64,000 nucleotides of DNA from Nemertoderma westbladi (Eukaryota; Animalia; Xenacoelomorpha), in contig JAUCBJ010008204.1 of assembly GCA_032718475.1 (NCBI GenBank), positions 37,173 through 101,172 on the forward strand. Reading direction: 5' to 3'. A model generated the notes under the pieces. That model made no database searches, was not told the DNA's origin, and saw only the letters and a program-made list of their open reading frames with translations. The position numbers were made by a program, and so were the translations under genes. This document shows positions 50,116-62,762 of the stretch, piece by piece; the stretch's first letter is position 1, and every line of letters begins with the position of its first letter.

Positions 50116-51050
50116 ACCCACATTTCAGTTTCATCCTGGCTATAGGAACTGAGCACTACATTTCAGGTCAGATCTGACTATGACTATACCAACTGAACCC
50201 CACATTTCAGTTCCGAATTATACCAACTGAGCTCCACCCACATTTCAGTTTCATCCTGGCTATAGGAACTGAGCACTACATTTCAGGTCAGATCTGACTA
50301 TGACTATACCAAACCAGCTCCTCATTTTAAATCACCGACCGGTATATTAATTTTGAATTAAATTCTAAATTATACCAACTGCACCCCGTGTGTTTCAGAC
50401 TACACCAACTGAGTTCCACATTTCAGTTTCAAACTAACTATACCAACTGGTGTAATGTAGTGTAAAATGCAAATTTTAGAATATAATCTTAGCAAAAACT
50501 TAAACTGAAGTTGCCGATGAATGGCCTTTCAACCTCAACCATAACACACAATCGCTACTTTTTCATTTTTATTGTTGTAATTACCATGATATGTAAAATA
50601 ATACATTATTTGCTCACTACGCTGTTTTATATTTAAAACTTTCTGTAAATGTTAAAACAAAATGTCCTTATTCAAAAGTCGTTCATGTTTCGTTGTATTT
50701 TTTGTTAACATTTTGTTGCTCGCTCTGCTCTCATTTCTCCGTTTAATTACCTTAGTACATACTTTGATACATACTTAACACATTAAATACTAAACGATTT
50801 CGTTGCAAAATTATTACAATAATACGATCCTAAAAAATGGGAATCTCATCGTACTACATTTTTCCTTTGTCACCACACTGGGTGCCGATATGCTGCGCAT
50901 GAGACTCTACTACTACGATCGGCGTGCTGCATTACAGCTGCGTTATATATGAGATACCGTTATTTAGTCCTGAACTGGCAAGTATTATTATATGCATAAT
51001 GTGAATGGTGTGCTTTTTTTATAAATGTTTTTGGAATTCGATTTTTCGAA

Positions 51051-52125
51051 TTGTGGGGCAAGCCACGAAAGTAAGCGAGCGTCGCATACGGGCACCACTA
51101 TCACAACCTGTTTGTCTGTTAATCTGTATATCCAATATTTAAACGTTAAAAACTCTGCCAATACTCAATGAAATCTAACCAAACTTAGTACACATGCAGT
51201 CTGGCGAAAGTTTAGAAATTTTCCGAGTGGAATTTATGTGTGGCCTTCGAGAAGCTAAGATAAAAGCTGTAATTGCTGTAAAACAAAAAAATTTCAGCGT
51301 GTCCTTTATGGAAATTTAGTTATTTTCTACTATCTTATAAATTATACAGCTGAAATCCCTATACTCCCTTCCATTATAGTTTTTAATTAAATTCAATTTT
51401 TTAAAATTAGGCAGCAGCTTATTTTTGGCCATAACTTTAAGCCATTAAGGCGATTTTTTATCGTTGGGAGCTGATTTTGGTCTCATTATATACGGAATAT
51501 AACGATTTTATTCAAAATCCACTTCAAATTTTATGATTTTATCATGTTTTCTCATTCAAAAACGCTGTGAAAAAATACACATTTTTCAAAATTGTTTCAA
51601 CATTCGAGTTTTTGTACTCTAATAGAGCAATAATATAATTATTATAATTATGTATGGGTTTAGAGATTTTACTATAAACTGTTACTCATTAATAGCTACA
51701 ATTTAAGACAGAGAAGCGTCCTTTACAGCTCATTGGTGCCGAAACGAAAATTCCCATGATTTTTATTTCCCAGGATTCCCTTTCATAACGAAAAAATAGA
51801 TTCCCAAACAGTTCGTGAAACTTTAAATTGGGTCTTTGGTATTCACATGCTGCGTGAAGTCCTTTATTTTTTGAGCGACTATTTAGTGTACGCTACCTGT
51901 CAGTTGCGGTCTGTTGATAGATCAGTCGGAAAGTGATTGAGAGGGTGGGCGGGTGGGAAAGTGTGAAAGATACGGTTGGGGGGAGGTGAGATGGGATTGT
52001 GGGAAGATTGGATTGTGCGAAGGTGAATGGGAATGTGGAAGGGAATGCCAGAATATCTTTGGGAACTACAGTATTATTAGTTATTTAAACTAAAGTTACC
52101 CAAAACGCAGCCTTGGTTGCAATTA
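51051..52125 (+). mobile_element. Interspersed repeat, possibly a non-autonomous Helentron/DINE-like element
   Basis: Second partial copy at 6390-6696; short 5' hairpin followed by TGTCTGT-like sequence; 3' ACGCAGCCTTGGTTGC hairpin. Family assignment is inference. Confidence 0.45.
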
Positions 52126-53241
52126 TTATTAAGAAAATGTCAGATTGTCAAGGTGCCTTTTGGAAACTCTTCGTGTCAGATATCAACATATGGTATAATT
52201 ATGCAATGAAATCGTAAAACAAATGTAAGTATGTCACCAGCACCAGCAGTGTGTTCTGATATAGGAATTGATAGATACATTTTAATTTATCCTTATAGGT
52301 TTGGATGTATCATACAGTTGCTGACTCTCTGCATACCAAACCCCCCTTCTCTACAGGTTCGTTGCATCGATGACACCCTCCTTGGTATCGGCTGTTGCCA
52401 TTGGGGAAGTGTTATGTCAAGAGTGCCAACAAAATAACTCATTGGATGGAGATAACGACATTGTTTTGTTTTTTAAACTTCCACAAAAACAGTATGTTAT
52501 GTATTACAGTAGGCCTACTGGAAAATAAACGTTCCAAATTGAGTTTAAGTGGAGTGTAAATAAACGTAAGTTAGACTAAGGTAGGCCTATACTTTTTGGA
52601 TGAACCGCTAGATTAAATTTTATGAAACTTTGAACTCCGATAGACCAAGTATCGGGACAAATATAGAAACAAAAATAAGATCATTGTTTGAAAATTACTT
52701 GTATTTTTCAAAAAAAATTATATATTTAATAAAAAACATCAAGCTGACAAACAATCTGAAGATTTAAGAGGTTGTAACGGGTAGACAGCATTGAGGCTGA
52801 GAATCAGTCAAAATTTCATAAAATGTAGTTCCTGGGAAAAATGTACCATTGTGAAAAACAAAAAACCATGATTCAAAGATTTCAAAACTTCCCGCCAATT
52901 TTGTCGCTTTTATCTCAATCATTCATGGACGGATTTGGTTGAAACTTTGTAAGATGACTGAGGAGTGGTGTGCAAGTCAAGAAACAACCGAATTTCGATG
53001 TTTGTCTGTTCTTTTGTCCGTTTTTGTCGAATTATCCAGACTCTTATATCTCAGTCGCTCACGGACGGGTTTGGCTGCTAACATACCGTACAGTACATTA
53101 TCAACATATTGTAAGTTTACTTGTCAGTCTGTAAAAGTTTGGAGTATTGACTAGATCTTCACGTCTTGAGTGCGTGTAGTACAGCAGTAGGCTCTATTAT
53201 AATATCACACTATACAATACCAAAACAGTACGACATTAATA

Positions 53242-53492
53242 TATCGTTTATTGTTTTGGTTAGAAAAGCCTGCCTCTGTAACCTGTTCCTTCCCCTCCAT
53301 TGGTAACAATATCGCTTATTGTTTTGGTTAGAAAAGCCCGCCTCTGTAACCTATTCCTTTCCGTCAATTTGTAACAATATCGTTTATTGTTTTGGTTAGA
53401 AAAGCCCGCCTCTGTAACCTATTCCTTTCCCTCAATTGGTAACAATATTGTTTTGGTTAGAAAAGCCTGCCTCTGTAACCTGTTCCTTTCCC
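53242..53492 (+). repeat. Four tandem copies of the ~52-bp dispersed repeat
   Basis: TATCGTTTATTGTTTTGGTTAGAAAAGCCYGCCTCTGTAACCTRTTCCTTTCC repeated four times. Confidence 0.9.
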
Positions 53493-54383
53493 TCAATTTG
53501 GTAACAAACATCGTTAAAAACATTACAAACATTGGTTAAAAAAGTCCGCCTTTATTTTTATATACCCTGATACCGGTATATCAGCCTAACATATAAATCC
53601 TTTCGAGACTGATAGTAGTTTAACGTACTGAATCAGCCAGCACTAATGCCGATGATAGGTTCTCTTTATACAGTAGTTATTTTATTCAAATAGCCAATTA
53701 TTGAAGGAAGCGATTATCCTATGATCAATATTAATATCATCTTACAAAGTTTCAACAAAATCCGTCCCTGAAACGGGGAAATTGGAAGTGATGCTGATAA
53801 GTATGGTAAGATGAGATACATTTCTTCTATGAATTGATACTGATGGACCATCAACAAAGAGTATTTTTATTTAAAATGAAATTTTAATGCAAAAATTTTT
53901 GGAAAAAATTTTTTTATGAATTTTTTTATCACTTTACTAGATAAACTCTTTTTATAATATTTAATATTTTTTAATCATAAACATTGAACATAAATATTGA
54001 CAAGAATTTATATTTAATTTAATTAATTAATTAATTAAATTTACTCATTCTTGCAGCTACAGACCACCCCAATGATGAATCCATTGATCTGACCAGTTTA
54101 ACTGGTTTACGCCATCGATCAGCTGCGCAACTGGTCTCCAATGGCTTCCATCACAAACTGTGCCAGTCCCCAGAATGCTTGAGGCCCACTGAAGACTGAA
54201 TTTGCTGGATCTGCCACGGCAAAGTGGTCTCCAAAGACCACTAATCACCTTGCTACGCTCTCCCCCAATTTAACTCCGACCTTGGCAGCTCCCTCCACCT
54301 TGCAAACATCAACCAACCACAGATCAATGACTGACTTTATTCACTTATTTATTTTTATCCCATTCAGGTCACATCATACAGTA

Positions 54384-55081
54384 CAGGCCACCAGAAAACG
54401 CAGATTTGTACAATTGTGAACACATTTTATCAAATGTGTACCAGTGTAATGTAATGTTGTTGAACGGGACAATTGAACATAATTGAACAGAATTGAATTG
54501 GCAACAACCAAAATTTTTTCGCCAAAGGATACAATTGAATACTTTTGAAACGCGTAGTAATCTGGAAACTCTCTGTAGTTTGCCGCGAACTGTCACTCAC
54601 TGCAGCTGGAAATGCGATAAGGATTTTGTTTACCTTTATAGTGTGCGGTTAATAGTGTCTAGTAGGCAGGCCTATAGTTAGTGATGTTAAGGCATCTTCT
54701 GGTGTTTCTCTGTGCCCTCTCGGTGTCAGACTAATGGCGCGACATCTCCCTCCACTAAATTAATTATTCAATGGTCTAGGCTCCTCCATCCATATACCCA
54801 TCCACTCCCATACACTCCATGAACCTCCATGTGGTCTTGTATGTTGTTCTCTCTCTACCAATACAACCCATGTCCGCAATGTTACGCCCTGGGGGCTCTC
54901 TCATCTACCTGATATCAGACATACAGGCGCACCGCACACTAAGCCTTTGTCGGTCCCAGCAAGTTAGCCTCCTGCTGTGTGATCTAGAAGATAACTCGCC
55001 AGAACCTGCCAATCAGATGACTTGAACAAATGTGTTCACATGTGATCACATTGGATGAAATCTGCTTTTTCTGGTGGCCTG
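54384..55081. mobile_element. TA-flanked Tc1/mariner-type MITE
   Basis: TA|CAGGCCACCAGAAAACGCAGATTT...AAATCTGCTTTTTCTGGTGGCCTG|TA. Confidence 0.78.
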
Positions 55082-55676
55082 TACTGTACCAATTTTAGCA
55101 TAATTTTTAGTACTGTATAATTTTTGTAACAGTGTGTCATTAATTCCAAAATGTTTGGTTAATATAATTAAAATTCATTAATTAAATTTATTTATATTTT
55201 TTTATGATTTTTTTTTATGATTTTTGTTATTATATATTTTTATTTTTTTTAATATTTTTATTATAATTTTTTACTACTGTATATTTATTTATTTATTTAT
55301 TTTATTTTTTTAATGATGACATTCAATATAGCACAAACAAACACAAAGCCTTCCAACTAATAATACTTAAAATTAAAAGTCTAAAAAATATTTATTAGTA
55401 TTTATTTTTGTTTATGAATTTTTTTTATTATATTTTTTTGTATTATTTTTTGAATTTATTTTTTTTATATACCCTATTTTTTTATAATTTTTTTATTTCT
55501 TTTTTATGAATTTTTTTATAATTTTTTTTAATTTTTATGTATTTTTCTTTTAAAAAAAATTAATTTAATGTGTGATACTCATGGGCCACCATACTGTAGA
55601 AGTTTGATTTCCATATGGTATCCATTTTTTCTACCCCCATCATACCTTTGCTCCTATTTAGTTTCAGTTAACCAAC

Positions 55677-55864
55677 CTTTGTTTGTTTTCCGTTTCCCGG
55701 GCTGCTTGCAATATAAGGTCTCGTATTATCCAAATTTTCAACCAATTTCCCGATTGTTTCAACGTACAGCTTATAGTAATCGTCCTTATATTTCGTGTAA
55801 TTGTAAGTGGTGTTGTACCAATTAGACGCCAACGCAAGTTCGTTTTCGTTGTTTCCACTCCAAA
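55677..55864 (-). CDS. MANBA: Beta-mannosidase internal exon carrying the acid/base Glu
   Basis: ttcag|TT TGG... WSGNNENELAL..NWY...DYYKLYV...DNTRPYIASSPGNGKQTK|gt; joins in phase 0 to 38583. Confidence 0.92.
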
Positions 55865-56453
55865 CTGAAAGTATAAAATTCAACGTTTAGTAAGAGTAGA
55901 GCAGAAATACAAATAGTACTAGGCCTAGGCTTATAATATAATTGGATATCTCTGCCTGTCTAATCCTTCAACCATCCCTCTGCTGGCCCATGCCGCCATG
56001 TGAGTATTACAGTTTACCGGACTTTTCTGCTGTTTTATTTCCCTTTGCAGTTTAGCCTACCCTCATTGCTCATGCAGTCATGTGAGGAATACCAAGGCTA
56101 GGTAGGTACAGAAAAAGAGCTGAAAATAACCAAAACATTAGTTACGAATTAATGTAAAGTAAAGTAAATTTTCTTCGGCCATTAGGCCAACGAATTATAT
56201 AATATGTAATAATGCCTGAATGCTGTATTATTATAGGCCTAATAATATATTTCTATATTTAACTAGGCCTACTGTCTTTGGTCTTGTCAGAAGACAGCAC
56301 CAACACTCGAACACTGCTGTATAACTTAAATCACTTTTACAAACACTCCGTCTTGCAGTACTACACTACTGCAGGTAGAACACTAACACGGTAACTGCTG
56401 AACTGTAGGCTACTGCATGATATCTGGATAGACAATTTGTTAATAAATGTGTA

Positions 56454-58115
56454 ATGGAACCCGAGCAAAGACGTCCATCCAACCATGTGGACATCCCCCC
56501 GTTCAGTAGAGTCTTTGTTACCTGTTCCCGCGATTGCAAGGAGGAACAGATTCGTGCGGCTTTCTCTCCTTACGGGAGCATCACCGACATATGGATACCG
56601 AAAGATAAAGTAACTAAGGAACCAAAAGGAATCGTTTATGTTAAATATGAGAAAGCTTCTCAGGCCGCTAAATCTTTAGAAGAGTTGAGCGGTAAAACCA
56701 TCGAAGGTTCTAGTAAACCAGTTAAAGTAACGATCGCCCAAAGTAAATCCTCTAAGTCAACAGAACAATTTAACGAATCGGAAAGAATGACTCGATTATT
56801 TGTGATGGTTCCTAAGGAAACCTCAATAGAGGATTTAGAAAGCAGTTTCTCTCAATTTGGCGATATAGAAAATGCCAAGATGATAAAAGATCGCGTTACA
56901 AAGAAGAACAAAGGTTGCGCATTCGTGAAATTTTATAAAGCATCTCAGGCTGCTCGGGCAATGGAAGAGTGCAATAGTAGTTACAAGGCAGTTTTTGCCG
57001 AACCTCAGGTCAGTAAATGGGCTAAAGACCTCCAGGACATATCGAAACCCTTCTTCGACAACGGTTTCTATCAGCAACCGTTAATGATACCAGACCAGTT
57101 ACATAACTCAGGATTAAACACTAGACTCTATGTGGTGTGCAGCAATAAATCAACTCAGGATCAACTGACACGTTTATTCGATTTGGTACCGGGATTCGTA
57201 TCCCTGGTTCTACGAAGTAAATCCGATGGCGACGGAAAGACGAGATCCTTCGCTTACGTCCAGTACGATAACTACGCGGCCGCGATCTACGCCAAAGAGA
57301 AACTCAATATGTTCGAGTTTCCAACCGGTTTCAGGTTGACCGTAAAGTTTGCCGAGGATAGGGATGGACAATGGGGCGGTGGGGGGCAGCTAAGGACTGA
57401 TGGCGCCGCGTACAGCGGGGGCTACCACTACGGGGGGGCAGATAGGGGTTTCGTGGGGGCAGATAGGGCTTACGGGGGTACAGATAATGGTTACGGGGAT
57501 GCGTACAGGGCTTACAGCGGGGCAGATACGGGGCATGGGGGATCAGATAGGGGGCACAGGGGGACAGGCAGGGGTTACGGGGGCTCCGCAGGGCAGGGCA
57601 CCTTGGACATGCATACTGAACTTAACAGTCTAAGGGATCAGGTTTCCCATCTAGTAAACACCCTTGGAGCTGCGAATCTCGGTAACAACGGTATGGGAGT
57701 AGGGGGCTCGCAGGGTCCCCGAGGAGCTGGTTACTCCCAGTACGGCTACTCCCAACCTCCTTACAGAGCCGCAGACGACTCCCCTATGCTATACGGTATG
57801 GATTTGGGTCCACGACAGAAATTGGCTCTACTTTCGTCGGAATCCGAAGAACGTCTGTTCGTTTCTTTCCATCCCGCCGCGCCGGCTCAATCAGTTCTCG
57901 AAGATATATTCTGTCGTTTCGGTAACCTCATTGCGGTTAGTATAATGAGAGGAAAGAATTGCGGCTACATTCAGTTTGCTTCAAAGGAGTCTGCAGTTAA
58001 TGCTGTGGCTATGTTAAACGGGAAAAACCTCTGTGGTGTTCAGTATAAAGTTATTGTAGCGGATCCGCCTTCAGAAGCTAGAAAGAGGATAAAAGCGACT
58101 GACTCCAATGTATAA
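56454..58115 (+). CDS. RBM45: RNA-binding protein 45 paralog B, intronless
   Basis: Same 4-RRM architecture as 46585-48231, with a different Gly/Tyr/Arg-rich linker. Confidence 0.92.
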   Translation: MEPEQRRPSNHVDIPPFSRVFVTCSRDCKEEQIRAAFSPYGSITDIWIPKDKVTKEPKGIVYVKYEKASQAAKSLEELSGKTIEGSSKPVKVTIAQSKSSKSTEQFNESERMTRLFVMVPKETSIEDLESSFSQFGDIENAKMIKDRVTKKNKGCAFVKFYKASQAARAMEECNSSYKAVFAEPQVSKWAKDLQDISKPFFDNGFYQQPLMIPDQLHNSGLNTRLYVVCSNKSTQDQLTRLFDLVPGFVSLVLRSKSDGDGKTRSFAYVQYDNYAAAIYAKEKLNMFEFPTGFRLTVKFAEDRDGQWGGGGQLRTDGAAYSGGYHYGGADRGFVGADRAYGGTDNGYGDAYRAYSGADTGHGGSDRGHRGTGRGYGGSAGQGTLDMHTELNSLRDQVSHLVNTLGAANLGNNGMGVGGSQGPRGAGYSQYGYSQPPYRAADDSPMLYGMDLGPRQKLALLSSESEERLFVSFHPAAPAQSVLEDIFCRFGNLIAVSIMRGKNCGYIQFASKESAVNAVAMLNGKNLCGVQYKVIVADPPSEARKRIKATDSNV

Positions 58116-59621
58116 CGAACTATCGGTAACTATATGTACAGGCGACCGTCGGTTGATCTACTGATTATTTAACCGTTAACTGTAACCGCCAACTTTATTT
58201 TACATGAACAGCACTCTCGTTATAACTTTATTTACTGATCACTCTCACTGCTTTTTTTTCGTTTATGACAACGTCCCATAAAAACCTGACTTTTTCATAA
58301 ATCCTGTCTTATTTACACGTCTTTTTAATACCTTTTCACTGCTTACTGAAACGCTAAATAAATACATTTTATTAAACAAAAAAAAATACGTTTTTATGTT
58401 CGTTTTAATTCCTTTGCCGTTCGAATTCTCGGGTTGATTATTGCAGCTAATATGAATAAAATGACTGATTTATTGCATGGCAAAACATGGACATTTTCCA
58501 ACGATTCTCTCGGACATTTATGGAGCGAAAAATATGTATTTCTTTCACATACCGGTACAATAATAAAAAAAAATTTAAGTTAAGGAACTCAAAACTAATT
58601 CGAAATGCAACCGAACCAATTTATTTTTATTCTACATTATCTTTAGTAATACTCGGAAAACTTGTAGAAAATATATATATATTGCGGATCACTTTCAATT
58701 TCGTGTTTTTTTTTCTTAGCAACACCAACACGCGCCCCAAATGTGGTGCAAATATACTAATAAAGTATTCAACTAACAAGGAAATCATCAATTAATAGCT
58801 GATTTATGTATATATATAATAATTAATATAAACCAAAATTAATAAATAAACTTCACCTATAATTATAAAGCGACACCATTTATAGTATGTCAAATATATT
58901 CTCTAACATTTGTCAAAATTATTAAATGTCGTAGCAGTTAAATTGTATATCACTAATTATTCCCTACGTTACCTTTTATTGGCTTCGCAAACTAAATATA
59001 TTTATAGACTTTTTCCGTGCATTAATTAAAGTAATTATTAAAATTAGTAAATTTATTATTAATTATTAAAAGTAATTTGGAATCCATAAAATGTCTTGAA
59101 TTTTTTACGAATTTATTTTGCTTTTTTTATGCTATATTGATTGACTGGAATATTAAGTATTAAATAAGTATGAATTATTCGTAGGCTTAATAAATAAATA
59201 TTTTGTTTTTATGGGACGTCTAGTTAGATTTGAATGTTATATTATTTACTATCCGTTTTATTGACTAATTTAACGAAACTGCATAACAAACTAACACTGG
59301 ACAAATGAAAATCAATGAATTGAATAATTAACTTCTGGTAATGTATATATTAATATTATAATATTTAATATTATTATATTGTTGATAAGAAATTAATGGT
59401 ACCGGTAGTGCTACGTTGATTATTTTATATATAAGAATGACTGCGTCTAGTAACTATAGATTGATATCAAGGTAATTTAAGGTCAATGATGTTTATTGGT
59501 TATTTTAACTACGTTAAGATCTTTGAGACAATTAATTATGCGCTTTTGATTATTTATTTCTTATTAATTGGACTGTCAAAGTGGATAAATTTATTGATTT
59601 GAATTGGCCACACATTTTAAA

Positions 59622-62295
59622 AACCACAAGCACTCGCGTTGGAACCACAAGCACTCGCGTAGGAACCACAAGCACTCGCGTTGGAACCACAAGCACTCGC
59701 GTTGGAACCACAAGCACTCGCGTTGGAACCACAAGCACTCGCGTAGGAACCACAAGCACTCGCGTTGGAACCACAAGCACTCGCGTAGGAACCACAAGCA
59801 CTCGCGTAGGAACCACAAGCACTCGCGAAGGAACCACAAGCACTCGCGTAGGAACCACAAGCACTCGCGTAGGAACCACAAGCACTCGCGTAGGAACCAC
59901 AAGCACTCGCGTAGGAACCACAAGCACTCGCGTAGGAACCACAAGCACTCGCGTAGGAACCACAAGCACTCGCGTAGGAACCACAAGCACTCGCGTAGGA
60001 ACCACAAGCACTCGCGTAGGAACCACAAGCACTCGCGTAGGAACCACAAGCACTCGCGTAGGAACCACAAGCACTCGCGTAGGAACCACAAGCACTCGCG
60101 TAGGAACCACAAGCACTCGCGTAGGAACCACAAGCACTCGCGTAGGAACCACAAGCACTCGCGTAGGAACCACAAGCACTCGCGTAGGAACCACAAGCAC
60201 TCGCGTAGGAACCACAAGCACTCGCGTAGGAACCACAGCACTTGCGTAGGAACCACAAGCACTCGCGTAGGAACCACAGCACTTGCGTAGGAACCACAAG
60301 CACTCGTGTAGGAACCACAAGCACTCGCGTAGGAACCACAAGCACTCGCGTAGGAACCACAGCACTTGCGTAGGAACCACAAGCACTCGCGTAGGAACCA
60401 CAAGCACTCGCGTAGGAACCACAGCACTTGCGTAGGAACCACAAGCATTCGCGTAGAAACCACAAGCACTCGCGTAGGAACCACAAGCACTCGCGTAGGA
60501 ACCACAAGCACTCGCGTAGGAACCACAAGCACTCGCGCTGGAACCACAAGCACTCGCGCTGGAACCACAAGCACTCGCGTAGGAACCACAGCACTCGCGT
60601 AGGAACCACAAGCACTTGCGTAGGAACCACAAGCACTCGCGTTGGAACCACAAGCACTCGTGTAGGAACCACAAGCACTCGCGTAGAAACCACAAGCACT
60701 CGCGTAGAAACCACAAGCACTCGCGTAGAAACCACAAGCACTCGCGTAGGAACCACAAGCACTCGCGTAGAAACCACAAGCACTCGCGTAGAAACCACAA
60801 GCACTCGCGTAGGAACCACAAGCACTCGCGTAGGAACCACAGCACTCGCGTAGGAACCACAAGCACTCGCGTAGAAACCACAAGCACTCGCGTAGAAACC
60901 ACAAGCACTCGCGTAGAAACCACAAGCACTCGCGTAGAAACCACAAGCACTCGCGTAGAAACCACAAGCACTCGCGTAGGAACCACAAGCACTCGCGTAG
61001 GAACCACAGCACTTGCGTAGTAACCAGAAGCACTCACATAAGAACCACAAGCACTCGCGTAGGAACCACAAGCACTCGCGTAGGAAACACAAGCACTCAC
61101 GTAGGAACCACAAGCACTCGCGTAGGAACCACAAGCACTCGCGTAGAATCCACAAGCACTCGCGTAGAAACCACAGCACTTGCGTAGTAACCAGAAGCAC
61201 TCGCGTAGGAACCACAAGCACTCGTGTAGGAAACACAAGCACTCGTGTAGGAACCACAGCACTTGCGTAGTAACCAGAAGCACTCGCATAAGAACCACAA
61301 GCACTCGCGTAGGAACCACAAGCACTCTCGTAGAAATTACAAGCACCCACGTAGGAACCACAAGCACTCATGTAGGAACCACAGCACTCGCGTAGGAACC
61401 ACAAGCACTCGCGTAGGAACCACAAGCACTCATGTAGGAACCACAGCACTCGCGTAGTAACCAGAAGCACTCGCATAAGAACCACAAGCACTCGCGTAGG
61501 AACCACAAGCACTCGCGTAGAAATTACAAGCACTCACGTAGGAACCACAAGCACTCATGTAGGAACCACAGCACTCGCGTAGGAACCACAAGCACTCGCG
61601 TAGGAACCACAAGCACTCGTGTAGGAACCACAAGCACTCACGTAGGAACCACAAGCACTCGCGTAGAAACCACAAGCACTCACGTAAGAATCACTAGCAC
61701 TCACGTAGGAACCACAGGAACTCGCGTAGGAACCACTAGCACTCACGTAGGAACCACAGGAACTCGCGTAGGAACCACTAGCACTCACGTAGGAACCACA
61801 AGCACTCGCGTAGGAACCACAAGCACTCGCGTAGGAACCACAAGCACTCGCGTAGAAACCACAAGCACTCACGTAAGAATCACTAGCACTCACGTAGGAA
61901 CCACAGGAACTCGCGTAGGAACCACTAGCACTCACGTAGGAACCACAGGAACTCGCGTAGGAACCACAGCACTCGCGTAGGAACCACAAGCACTCGCGTA
62001 GGAACCACAAGCACTCGTGTAGGAACCACAAGCACTCACGTAGGAACCACAAGCACTCGCGTAGAAACCACAAGCACTCACGTAAGAATCACTAGCACTC
62101 ACGTAGGAACCACAGGAACTCGCGTAGGAACCAATAGCACTCACGTAGGAACCACAGGAACTCGCGTAGGAACCACTAGCACTCACGTAGGAACCACAAG
62201 CACTCGCGTAGGAACCACAAGCACTCACGTAGGAACCACAAGCACTCGTGTAGGAACCACAAGCACTCACGTAGGAACCACAGGAACTCACGTAG
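59622..62295. repeat. 21-bp satellite (GGAACCACAAGCACTCGCGTA)n, ~125 copies
   Basis: Homogeneous at the left end, with variant units and higher-order blocks to the right. Confidence 0.97.
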
Positions 62296-62762
62296 ATTGT
62301 TTTTCATTAATGATTTTCTCGGTCTCGGTGCTGCAAGTCACCTCGATGATTGCCGTTGGAATTTGTACCCACGGGTAAATAATTGTTGCCATATGAGTGC
62401 CAAAAATTGGTGGATTAGATGGCAGTCGCTGCTATTAACTGATGTACAAGTCGCGGCGACCACGAGTAAATGTTTACGTTTTTGCAAATGATTTACTAAA
62501 GTTGGATGGGATATTTTATTATGAATTTTGTTGAATGGCAGAGATCTTTTGATTCCGGATTTAAGCCAATTATGGGAATCCAAAAATTGAGCAAATTTAT
62601 AAAAAAAAACGATATCACCAGGTTGCACAGATGCACACACTGTTTAGGGGAAGCACTACTAAAATTAATACGCGGAATTGTCACTCGTCAAAAAATCTTC
62701 AGATTTGTATTATTGTACAAGTTCTTGGTATTCCAATAATTATTATCTATACGACGACGCTA

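Noticed and set aside
54057-54335. Exon-like GC-richer block after a ttgcag acceptor
   Set aside because: No recognisable protein, the frame I tried hits a stop, and it is not needed for the MANBA model; probably TE-internal.
59550-62291. Many long ORFs on both strands
   Set aside because: Artefacts of the 21-bp satellite.
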